In this document: piece after piece, positions 28,886 through 36,397 of the stretch | Numbering within the stretch: position 1 is the stretch's first letter | How the letters are laid out: the number at the start of each line of letters is the position of its first letter | Assembly: GCA_964472495.1 (NCBI GenBank) | Contig: CAYYLD010000001.1 | Span: forward strand, 21,294 to 85,293 | From: an uncultured Candidatus Saccharibacteria bacterium | GTDB lineage: Bacteria > Patescibacteriota > Minisyncoccia > Portnoybacterales > UBA2143 | DNA length: 64,000 nt | Reading direction: 5' to 3' | Notes under the pieces: model-generated | Seen by the model: the letters and a program-made list of their open reading frames with translations, nothing else | Databases searched by the model: none | What the model was told of the DNA's origin: nothing | Position numbers and translations under genes: made by a program

Positions 28886-30622
28886 ATGAAATATCAATTT
28901 AAAACAATTATAGCCATATTGGCTGGGGTCATTGCTTGGGGTATTTTTTCTTCGGCGCAGGCCGCTACACTTTCTTTAACACCTATTAGTTCCGAGATTG
29001 GAATCGGAGAAAAAATGACGATTGAGATTAGGATTGATAGCGAAGGGGAAAGCTTTAACGCAGCCCAGGCAGTAATTCGTTTCCCTAAAGATACGCTTGA
29101 GGTGACTGCATTAGACAAAGCAGAATCCGTATTCAGCTTTTGGCTTGAAGAGCCAAATTTTTCAAATACGGACGGAGTTGTATCATTTATCGGCGGCACA
29201 CCGTCCGGAGTTTCCGGGGGCGCTGTCAGAGTTCTGAAGATAGAATTTCTGGCCAAAGGAACTGGTAGCGGGACACTTTCTTTTGTAGAAGCCGCTGTCA
29301 CGGCGGCTGACGGAAGCGGAACCAATATACTATCAGAGATAAATGATGCAGTGATTATGGTAGTCCCTCAAAGAGTTATTCCAAAAGTTCCAGAATCCCA
29401 GCAAAAAATTCCGGAGCCCGAACAAATTGTCCGGAAACCCGCGCCTTCAGAGAAATTGCCTTCAAGCCCCGTTCTTAAAATTTCACTCTATCCTGAAGAA
29501 ACCCGTTGGTATAATCTGGTGGCGCAGTTTACGGTAAGTTGGGATTTACCGCTTGATATTTCTGGCGTGAGCACGGCGCTCAACAAATACCCAAACTCTA
29601 TCCCGCCCGGACGATCCGAAGGACTTTTTGATAATAAAAGCTTCGCGGCGCTCGGAGACGGCATTTGGTACCTTCATGTTCGTTTTCAAAACAATCTTGG
29701 CTGGGGACCGACTGCGCATCACCGTTTGGCCGTTGATACCCAACCCCCACTTGGTTTTGAGCTTACCGTCGTTGAAGGCGAGGCGACTGATAATCCAACC
29801 CCTACGTTTCAATTCAAGACCAGCGACGCTCTCTCTGGTCTTCGAGAGTACCAGGTAAGAATTGGCGACGGAGATCTGATAAAAATTCCCGCAGCGGAGT
29901 TTAATGGGAGCTTTAAGTTACCATTGCAATCGCCGGGTAAGCGGCGGATTACCGTAAAAGCGGTTGATCAGGCCGATAATGGCATTGAAGATGACGTAAT
30001 GCTGGAAACTATTCCTATTGCGTCACCGACCATAAGTTTTGTTACCAGGGAATTATTCTCTGATGAGGAAAGAGGCTTAACTATCAAAGGAACGGCCTTG
30101 CCGGGTGTTAATATGCTGCTGGCTGTTCTTCGGCAAGGCGCGCTTGTTGCTGAAAGCACAATTCGCGCTGATGAAAAAGGCAACTGGGAATTTACTTTTG
30201 ACCAGCCTTTTAGGAATGGACGGTATATTTTAACTGCCCAGAGTCAAGATGAGCGAGGCGCCTTGAGCTTAACAGTGGAATCTCCAGAAGTGCGGGTCAA
30301 AAGCAAGCCGATTATCCAGATTGGGTTTATCCAGCTGGGGAAAGGCGGCGCGGCCCTGCTCTTGCTTTTCATACTGATAGTAGGGTTTGGCACAGGAGCT
30401 TGGTTTTATAAAAAACGGCAGGAGAAATTAGCCCTGCGACTTTTGGTTGTTAAAACCGACATGGCCAAGGTCTTTAAACTTATTCAGGACGATATAGAAA
30501 AATTACAAAAAGCCATTGGAACTCCAATCGAGGCGGACGACGAATTTATGATGAAAAGACTGCAGGAAAATATCAAGAAAATGGAAGGATATCTCAAAAA
30601 AGAAATAGAGAAATTAGAATAG
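28886..30622 (+). CDS. cohesin-domain-like surface protein, C-terminal TM anchor and cytoplasmic coiled coil
   Basis: Signal peptide. An N-terminal beta-rich module (ATLSLTPISSEIGIGEKMTIEIRID...AQAVIRFPKDTLEV...VRVLKIEFLAKGTGSGTLSF) resembles cohesin domains. Pro-rich linker, further Ig-like modules, TM helix AALLLLFILIVGFGTGAW, then KR-rich coiled coil. Confidence 0.5.
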   Translation: MKYQFKTIIAILAGVIAWGIFSSAQAATLSLTPISSEIGIGEKMTIEIRIDSEGESFNAAQAVIRFPKDTLEVTALDKAESVFSFWLEEPNFSNTDGVVSFIGGTPSGVSGGAVRVLKIEFLAKGTGSGTLSFVEAAVTAADGSGTNILSEINDAVIMVVPQRVIPKVPESQQKIPEPEQIVRKPAPSEKLPSSPVLKISLYPEETRWYNLVAQFTVSWDLPLDISGVSTALNKYPNSIPPGRSEGLFDNKSFAALGDGIWYLHVRFQNNLGWGPTAHHRLAVDTQPPLGFELTVVEGEATDNPTPTFQFKTSDALSGLREYQVRIGDGDLIKIPAAEFNGSFKLPLQSPGKRRITVKAVDQADNGIEDDVMLETIPIASPTISFVTRELFSDEERGLTIKGTALPGVNMLLAVLRQGALVAESTIRADEKGNWEFTFDQPFRNGRYILTAQSQDERGALSLTVESPEVRVKSKPIIQIGFIQLGKGGAALLLLFILIVGFGTGAWFYKKRQEKLALRLLVVKTDMAKVFKLIQDDIEKLQKAIGTPIEADDEFMMKRLQENIKKMEGYLKKEIEKLE

Positions 30623-30674
30623 TTGATAATTTGTTTACATTTTTGACCGAATTCATCGCTCTCTTTATTTTCTC

Positions 30675-30801
30675 TTCAATAATTTTTGGCTCGTCCCACC
30701 TTTGCTTCTCGGTTACGAACAAGGCAAATAGGCGACGAAAAAATTGGAAGGGTTCTGGGGTAAGAAATTGTTGCTCGAAAAAGGTTCGAGCTTTGTCCAG
30801 T
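30675..30801. repeat. right arm of the perfect 127-bp inverted repeat (partner 25162-25288)
   Basis: See the left arm. Divergence starts immediately outside both ends (25289 a vs g; 25161 g vs t). Confidence 0.85.
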
Positions 30802-30873
30802 AATTGCGACCAAAAGAAAAACGCCTGGTCAGGGTGTTTTTTTATACCCTTAACAAGGCGCTGTATTTAATGC

Positions 30874-31086
30874 TCAAGGTGAACTGATTTTAATACTTTT
30901 TATTCGGCCACCCCGCTTCTTCATCTTGCCTTGAATCCGGCGAAATTTAATATGACGACATTTAACATTGTTAATTCCCCCGCAATTAGGACAATTTACT
31001 AAAAAACTAGGGTTTCCTTCTCCTTTTCTCTTGACTCTGGAGATATCAATTTCATTACCGCAAGACCGACATCTTATCCAGTCCAT
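30874..31086 (-). CDS. zinc-ribbon miniprotein (CxxC-x22-CxxC), paralog C
   Basis: 70 aa MDWIRCRSCGNE...VNCPNCGG. GGGGAGG RBS. Basic C-terminal tail. Confidence 0.55.
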   Translation of the reverse strand: MDWIRCRSCGNEIDISRVKRKGEGNPSFLVNCPNCGGINNVKCRHIKFRRIQGKMKKRGGRIKSIKISSP

Positions 31087-31408
31087 TATCCTCCCCTTGC
31101 TTAGACCACCATTGTATTTTATATTTCCAGCCAGTCAGCGTTTTTCTTGTTCCATCAAATGAACATTCTTCTGCCCAAGGGGGAGCTCTTAAAAAATGTC
31201 GATGATTCCTACTGCGGTGCACCTGGATACTTTCGTCAACATGACCAGAAACAAAAAAGGGGGCGAAATAGCCATTACTTAATCCAGCGAAAAAAACACC
31301 TTCTGTATGCCGAGTAAGTCCGTCATTCGGCTTTAAACGACACCTTGTCCCAGGCGTTTCAGGAATTTTCTCGTCTTCGGCTAATCTGTGAAATGCTGGT
31401 ACTCCCAT
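31055..31408 (-). CDS. hypothetical protein (117 aa; His/Asp-rich segment FFVSGHVDESIQVHRSRNHRH)
   Basis: The track ORF extends to 31465; I chose the ATG at 31408, which has the strong RBS GGAAAGGAGGAGAGG. No confident family assignment. Confidence 0.45.
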   Translation of the reverse strand: MGVPAFHRLAEDEKIPETPGTRCRLKPNDGLTRHTEGVFFAGLSNGYFAPFFVSGHVDESIQVHRSRNHRHFLRAPPWAEECSFDGTRKTLTGWKYKIQWWSKQGEDNGLDKMSVLR

Positions 31409-31619
31409 ACCTCTCCTCCTTTCCGGGTTTATAAAAAAGAACAAATTAAATGGCTTTACTGACAAGACATTTTTTTCTTAAAATTTCGCTCAAAAAATAG
31501 GTGGTTGTCCGCAAGTTAACGCCAAAGCGTTAACCAATATAGGATTCCCTGTCTATGATGATTAATCTGAAATCTTAAAGAAAAATCTTGGACAGTAAAG
31601 CCATCCTTATTATACCGTC

Positions 31620-31811
31620 TCACCAAATACTTGTCAACGGGTCGGTCGCGGCAATTGTCTCAATCCCTTGACCAAATTGTTTAATCATGTTTCTGGCTCG
31701 ACAAAGAGGACATTTGACTATCCGGCTATCTTCAAAACCAGGATTGACTTCTAGAGGTATAGATTCTTCTCCGCACCACCAACACCTTACTTTGATTTCT
31801 TCCTTTTCCAT
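31620..31811 (-). CDS. zinc-ribbon miniprotein (CxxC-x21-CxxC), paralog B
   Basis: 63 aa MEKEEIKVRCWWCGEE...VKCPLCRARN. RBS GAGAGG. Confidence 0.55.
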   Translation of the reverse strand: MEKEEIKVRCWWCGEESIPLEVNPGFEDSRIVKCPLCRARNMIKQFGQGIETIAATDPLTSIW

Positions 31812-31831
31812 CTTTTCTATTCCTCTCTGTT

Positions 31832-31990
31832 CTAAAATTCGTTTGGATTAATAACAATAACCTTGCCGTTCTTTTTCTTCTCAACTATGTTCTTAAAGCC
31901 GCAACGGGGACATTCAATTGCCCTTTTTTTGTCCAAAGAACCGTCCTTGAATATAATTCTTTTCCGACAACCCTGACATTCTAACTTCAT
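31832..31990 (-). CDS. zinc-ribbon miniprotein (CxxC-x18-CxxC), paralog A
   Basis: Start trimmed to MKLECQGCRK... (ATG 31990), which has the RBS GAAAGGAGGGAGGG. The longer track ORF would include the upstream terminator U-run. Confidence 0.55.
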   Translation of the reverse strand: MKLECQGCRKRIIFKDGSLDKKRAIECPRCGFKNIVEKKKNGKVIVINPNEF

Positions 31991-32029
31991 TCCCTCCCTC
32001 CTTTCTGTTGTTAAAATGTTAAAGGACAA

Positions 32030-32055
32030 AACAAAAAACTGACCGGAGAGGTCAG
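32030..32055 (-). terminator. Rho-independent terminator/attenuator on the minus strand, immediately upstream of zinc-ribbon gene A
   Basis: Minus-strand reading GCTGACC-tctcc-GGTCAG then TTTTTTGTTTTG. It sits about 190 nt after the adenylate-kinase-like gene and about 40 nt before the RBS of the zinc-ribbon gene. Confidence 0.55.
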
Positions 32056-32252
32056 CTTCTTTAAATCTTCTAATATATCTTAATTAAAATGCTCAAAAAG
32101 CTGATCTCTCGAGGTCAGTAAAGTAGGCAAAATAGAACCAAAAACCGGACGGATTTTGACTGAAATCAGTAAAAATATCTAGTTTATTCAAGCTGTCTAA
32201 CATATTGATTAATTTAATCTTTAACCGAATGAGTGTCAAGGGGATAATCTGG

Positions 32253-33341
32253 CTAATCCTTTTCTAGTCCCAAAACCTTGACCAATTGCCTGACTAAGCT
32301 GACGACCACCGGCGGAGCCAACAAACTATAAACTTCTTGACCTTGGTCGTCTTTAATTATCCAGGGCTTTTCGGTCATTTTGACTTTGCCTGTCCGAGAA
32401 TCGAACTGATAGCTGTATTCCGGGGTAATTTCATAATCATCAACATATTGTTTAGCCAATTTAACTGGAACAGAATTCCTTAAAAGAATCTTGGGGATGC
32501 CGTGCAAGGAAAAGATTTTATCAATCAGCTGACTATCTAAGGTCAATCTGTCTCTAATGGATTCGATGCCTAAATTATCACCTTCTTTAGCGACCATCCT
32601 GGCCTTCCGGCACTGCGGGTCATCACAAATTAAATAAAACTCTTTTTTCTTTTGGTCATAGCCAATTTCTTTAGTCGGGAACAGTTTCAAACTGCGCGGC
32701 GTCTGGCATTTTGGACAAACGACTCGGTTCTTCATTCTGGCGTCAATGACCGATTCCGGAATATCAATAGCTATAAAAATATCCGGGTCGTCCCGATAAT
32801 TAATCAAATCCCTGAAAAACAAAGAGTAAGAAACCTGGTCCAAATCTCTGGGGAAGCCGTCAATAAAAAGAGATTTTCTGGGTAATTTGTCTATCTCTCT
32901 TTTAAGCAAGGCCAGAATAAACTCGGTCGGCAAAAGGGACTTGGTGCTGCGGCCGGACAAGGACTCGAAAACCTCTTTAATAGAAATATAGCCGCGATAA
33001 TTGCTGGATAAATAATCTAATAATTCCTGTTTCCTCTTCTTGTTTTTTATCTCTTGATGAACGGCTCTGACAATGTCGCCAACGGAAATATGGTTGATTT
33101 TGTCTGAACCGAAAATCTCCATCATTAACTTGGTATAGGTTCCTTTGCCGGCATTCTTTTTACCCAAAAAGTAGGCGATAAAAGTATTTCGCTTAAGGTA
33201 ATTCCTTAAAAGGGTAACTTCTTGGCCGACTTTAGCCTGGAAATATTTTTTTCGTTCCTTGGGGCCAGCCAAATCAAACCCTTTAGTTAATCCCCTGACT
33301 TTTGTTTTGGCTAAAGGAAATTCTTTCCTTTGAGCTTTCAT
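32253..33341 (-). CDS. adenylate kinase homologue with N- and C-terminal extensions and a zinc-binding lid
   Basis: The core aligns by eye to Adk: GKKNAGKGTYTKLMMEIFGSDKINHISVGDIVRAV (P-loop + NMP site), FIDGFPRDLDQ, the lid RMKNRVVCPKCQ...CDDPQC, and ESIRDRLTLDSQLIDKIF. It is 362 aa against about 215 for typical Adk. Confidence 0.6.
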   Translation of the reverse strand: MKAQRKEFPLAKTKVRGLTKGFDLAGPKERKKYFQAKVGQEVTLLRNYLKRNTFIAYFLGKKNAGKGTYTKLMMEIFGSDKINHISVGDIVRAVHQEIKNKKRKQELLDYLSSNYRGYISIKEVFESLSGRSTKSLLPTEFILALLKREIDKLPRKSLFIDGFPRDLDQVSYSLFFRDLINYRDDPDIFIAIDIPESVIDARMKNRVVCPKCQTPRSLKLFPTKEIGYDQKKKEFYLICDDPQCRKARMVAKEGDNLGIESIRDRLTLDSQLIDKIFSLHGIPKILLRNSVPVKLAKQYVDDYEITPEYSYQFDSRTGKVKMTEKPWIIKDDQGQEVYSLLAPPVVVSLVRQLVKVLGLEKD

Positions 33342-33400
33342 ATGGTTATAAATATTTAATCAGATAGTTCAGATTAGCAAAAAAAATGCTTATTGGCAAG

Positions 33401-34270
33401 CTATTCGGTTGTGGCTATTTCAAACCAAATTCCATCAGTATAAATTTGGATACGGCCGTCTCTGTCGGTTCGGTAAACTGAAAAATCTTTTAATCGTTTC
33501 AAAACATCTGAATGAGGATGACCGTAACGATTCTCTTGACCAACCGAAATAATGGCTACTTGAGGATTAACCGCCTCCAAAAACTTTTGGCTGCTGGAGG
33601 TTTTGCTGCCGTGATGAGGCACTTTTAAAACATCTGACCTTAATCGGTCAACCGGCCAATGACTAACTAAATATTGTTCAACGTCCTTCTCAATATCGCC
33701 AGTTAAAAGAAATTCCATCTGGTCGTAAACTAAGCGGCCGACCACAGAAACATTATTAGCTTTTTGGGCTAAATACTTAGTTGAGGACTGTTCCGGCCAA
33801 AGAACTTCCAAAGACGGACCGGCCGGGAAAATAATTTTTTGGCCGGTCTGAGCTATGGTCAAAGGAATACTTTTTTCAGCAACTAAATCCTCCCATCTTT
33901 GATAAACAGCTGTCTCTTTTCGGAAGCCGCTGGTTAGAATATGGCCGATTTGATAATAATTAAGCACCTCCACTAAACCAGTGATGTGGTCAGCGTCAGG
34001 ATGGGTTAAAATAATTAAATCAATGGTCCGGTCATAAAAAGGCATTACTTGATTCAATTCTGCCAAAACTGCTTTATCAGGTCCGCCGTCGATCAAAACC
34101 TGCCGACCAGCCGGCGTCTCAATAAAAATACTATCTCCTTGTCCGACATCAAAGAAATAAACCTCTAAAAGATTATCCGGGGCTTGCCAAAAAACAGCTG
34201 ACCAAATAAGAATAGCAGTGATAGAAAGGATAATTAGGATTAAGTAAGTAAACCTTTTGACCTGGAACAT
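33401..34270 (-). CDS. ComEC/Rec2-type metallo-beta-lactamase domain protein (separate ORF)
   Basis: N-terminal TM helix, then DVGQGDSIFIETPAGRQVLIDGGPD, ILTHPDADH and PHHGS motifs typical of the ComEC C-terminal MBL domain. Confidence 0.75.
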   Translation of the reverse strand: MFQVKRFTYLILIILSITAILIWSAVFWQAPDNLLEVYFFDVGQGDSIFIETPAGRQVLIDGGPDKAVLAELNQVMPFYDRTIDLIILTHPDADHITGLVEVLNYYQIGHILTSGFRKETAVYQRWEDLVAEKSIPLTIAQTGQKIIFPAGPSLEVLWPEQSSTKYLAQKANNVSVVGRLVYDQMEFLLTGDIEKDVEQYLVSHWPVDRLRSDVLKVPHHGSKTSSSQKFLEAVNPQVAIISVGQENRYGHPHSDVLKRLKDFSVYRTDRDGRIQIYTDGIWFEIATTE

Positions 34271-35691
34271 CTGTTAATAATTATAATTAAAAGCGAATAA
34301 TATCCTAATAAAATTATCCAGGAAATATTATTAAATTGATAAGCGGCCAAGGGGAAAGAGGAAAGGTAATCAACTACTTTAACCAGATAAGTTAATAATA
34401 GCCAAACCGGCCAGGTGATTGCTTTAGCTAAAGCCAGCCAAATTAAACCACTGAAACTTAAAATTATCCCAGACATCATCATTAGTGGCAAAAAAGGAAC
34501 AATTAATAGGTTGGCTAAAGGTGAAATTAAAGAAAGTCGGCCAAAGTGGAAAATTAAAACCGGCAAAGTACCTAATTGAGCGGCTAAAGTCATAGTCAGA
34601 ATATCTTTTAAGCGAGCTGGATTAGGCCAATTGGCTGTTCGCTTATCTAAAATTGGTTTGAGATAAATAATACTTAGAGTGGCTAAAAAAGATAACTGGA
34701 AACCAACATCTGATTCTAAAAGAAGAGGACTAACCGCTAGCATGGCGGTGGCCGCTAAAACGACCGCCCGGTCAGCGCTGCGCAAACGACCGACTTTTTG
34801 GGCTAATAAGAGCAGGCCGGCCATCAGGCCAGCCCTCACAGCCGAAGCTGGCGCACCAATCATTAGAATATAGATAATCAGAAAAAAGAGAACAAAATAG
34901 AAAGCTTGACCCCGCCAAAGACCGATAGCCAAGGCCAGGAAAAGCAGAATCTGTGACATAATAATCATGTGCATGCCCGAAATGGCGACAATGTGGCGAG
35001 TACCAGTAATATTCAATTTATCTTTCAAATTATCGGCTAATCCCCATTTATCGCCTAAAAAGATAGCTTTGAGAATACTGCCTTGGGGCGGTAAGAGGGT
35101 TTGGTCAATGATTTTTCTTAATCTATCCTTGAAATTAAAAATTATTTGAGTACACCAAGGGCTTTGATTTTTAGCTAAGTAGTTAATCTGGGGATTATAA
35201 ATAACCGAATAGATTTTATCTTTGGCCAAATATTGGCGGTAATCAAAATCTTCAAATTGAGCCGGTTGTTTTAACTGACCGTTAATTTCTAATCGGTCGC
35301 CATAACTATATTCCGGATAAAGCTCCGTAGTAATCAAAATCCTCCCGGGAATTCCTTCGGCTTCAAATTCAAATTTCTGCTGATTAATTCTCTGCTCTGG
35401 CTCGTCAACAACAATTCCTGATAGAGTCATTGACTGTTCATAATATTGATGAAGCTTTTCCAATTCAGCCGGCTGAGCAGCTATTTGATGTCGCCAAAAA
35501 CCACTAATTAAAACCAACAAGCAAAAGCCAACTAAGGCCAAAACCTTAGATTTAGAATAAAGGATAATCAAGAGGAAAGCTAAAACAAAAATTCCCCACC
35601 AAATTAGCCGGGGAATTTTGATTAAAGAATCCAGAACAATACCACTGATAAAAGCCAGACAGAAACAGAGAAGGATCTTGGATTTAGTCAT
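34240..35691 (-). CDS. comEC: ComEC/Rec2 competence-channel membrane domain protein
   Basis: 483 aa and polytopic. N-terminal OB-like region plus a competence-domain-like TM bundle. Its stop overlaps the downstream MBL ORF by 31 bp in a different frame. Confidence 0.65.
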   Translation of the reverse strand: MTKSKILLCFCLAFISGIVLDSLIKIPRLIWWGIFVLAFLLIILYSKSKVLALVGFCLLVLISGFWRHQIAAQPAELEKLHQYYEQSMTLSGIVVDEPEQRINQQKFEFEAEGIPGRILITTELYPEYSYGDRLEINGQLKQPAQFEDFDYRQYLAKDKIYSVIYNPQINYLAKNQSPWCTQIIFNFKDRLRKIIDQTLLPPQGSILKAIFLGDKWGLADNLKDKLNITGTRHIVAISGMHMIIMSQILLFLALAIGLWRGQAFYFVLFFLIIYILMIGAPASAVRAGLMAGLLLLAQKVGRLRSADRAVVLAATAMLAVSPLLLESDVGFQLSFLATLSIIYLKPILDKRTANWPNPARLKDILTMTLAAQLGTLPVLIFHFGRLSLISPLANLLIVPFLPLMMMSGIILSFSGLIWLALAKAITWPVWLLLTYLVKVVDYLSSFPLAAYQFNNISWIILLGYYSLLIIIINRCSRSKGLLT

Positions 35692-36390
35692 TTATATTCT
35701 CAAAACCGCTTTTTCAGGATAAGGTTTTAATATCTCCAAAAATTTCCTTAAAGTTTCCTCAGAATAAGGTTTTATCTTTTTAAAACGCTCGTCTAAAGCT
35801 TTTTGATTTTGGAATTGCTGGAGGGCAATCAGTTTAACTCCTTGAAGCCATTGACCAATTTTCCTGATTTCTTTTTGACCGACGATGGTCGGGATAACCG
35901 TGATTCTAAATTCATAATCAAGACCACTGTCTTTAATCAAATCAATACTTTTTTGGATATTCTCTAAATTAATCTTTAAGCCAGCTGCTTGGGAATATCT
36001 TTCTGGTGAAGATTTAATATCCATAGCCAGATAATCAACCAATTTCTTTTTAATCAATTTGTCTAATACTGATGGATTATAACCATTGGTATCTAATTTA
36101 ACCAAAAATCCTAAATTTTTTATCTGACGAATAAATTTAGGTAAGTCCCGCTGGATAGTCGGTTCGCCACCGGTCAGACAGACTCCTTCCAATAATCCTT
36201 GACGAGATTTCAAAAAATCGAAAAAATCTTTTTCAGTAATTTGCGGTTGTTTCTTTATTTGTTCGGGAAGGACTAACTCCGGATTCTGACAAAAGGGACA
36301 TCTAAAATTACAGCCACTGCTGAAAACAGTGGCCGCAATTTTTGAAGGATAGTCGACTAAAGTTAGTTTTTGCAGTCCGCCAAGCAGCAT
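35692..36390 (-). CDS. nrdG: anaerobic ribonucleoside-triphosphate reductase activating protein (radical SAM)
   Basis: CNFRCPFCQNPEL radical-SAM cluster motif. 232 aa. Immediately downstream of nrdD. Confidence 0.8.
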   Translation of the reverse strand: MLLGGLQKLTLVDYPSKIAATVFSSGCNFRCPFCQNPELVLPEQIKKQPQITEKDFFDFLKSRQGLLEGVCLTGGEPTIQRDLPKFIRQIKNLGFLVKLDTNGYNPSVLDKLIKKKLVDYLAMDIKSSPERYSQAAGLKINLENIQKSIDLIKDSGLDYEFRITVIPTIVGQKEIRKIGQWLQGVKLIALQQFQNQKALDERFKKIKPYSEETLRKFLEILKPYPEKAVLRI

Positions 36391-36397
36391 AAGATAA

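Noticed and set aside
31055-31408. Unknown 117-aa protein as a peptidase M15/VanY-type zinc hydrolase
   Set aside because: Only a loose H...D...H.H resemblance (GHVDES...HRSRNHRH). The canonical SxHxxGxAxD block is not present. Left unassigned.
30874-31990. Zinc-ribbon miniproteins as ribosomal proteins L33/L32/S14-Z
   Set aside because: The CxxC spacing is similar, but the conserved r-protein residues (e.g. L33 NY.T.KNK...KKYCP.C.KHT) are absent. Three paralogs in a row is atypical for r-proteins.
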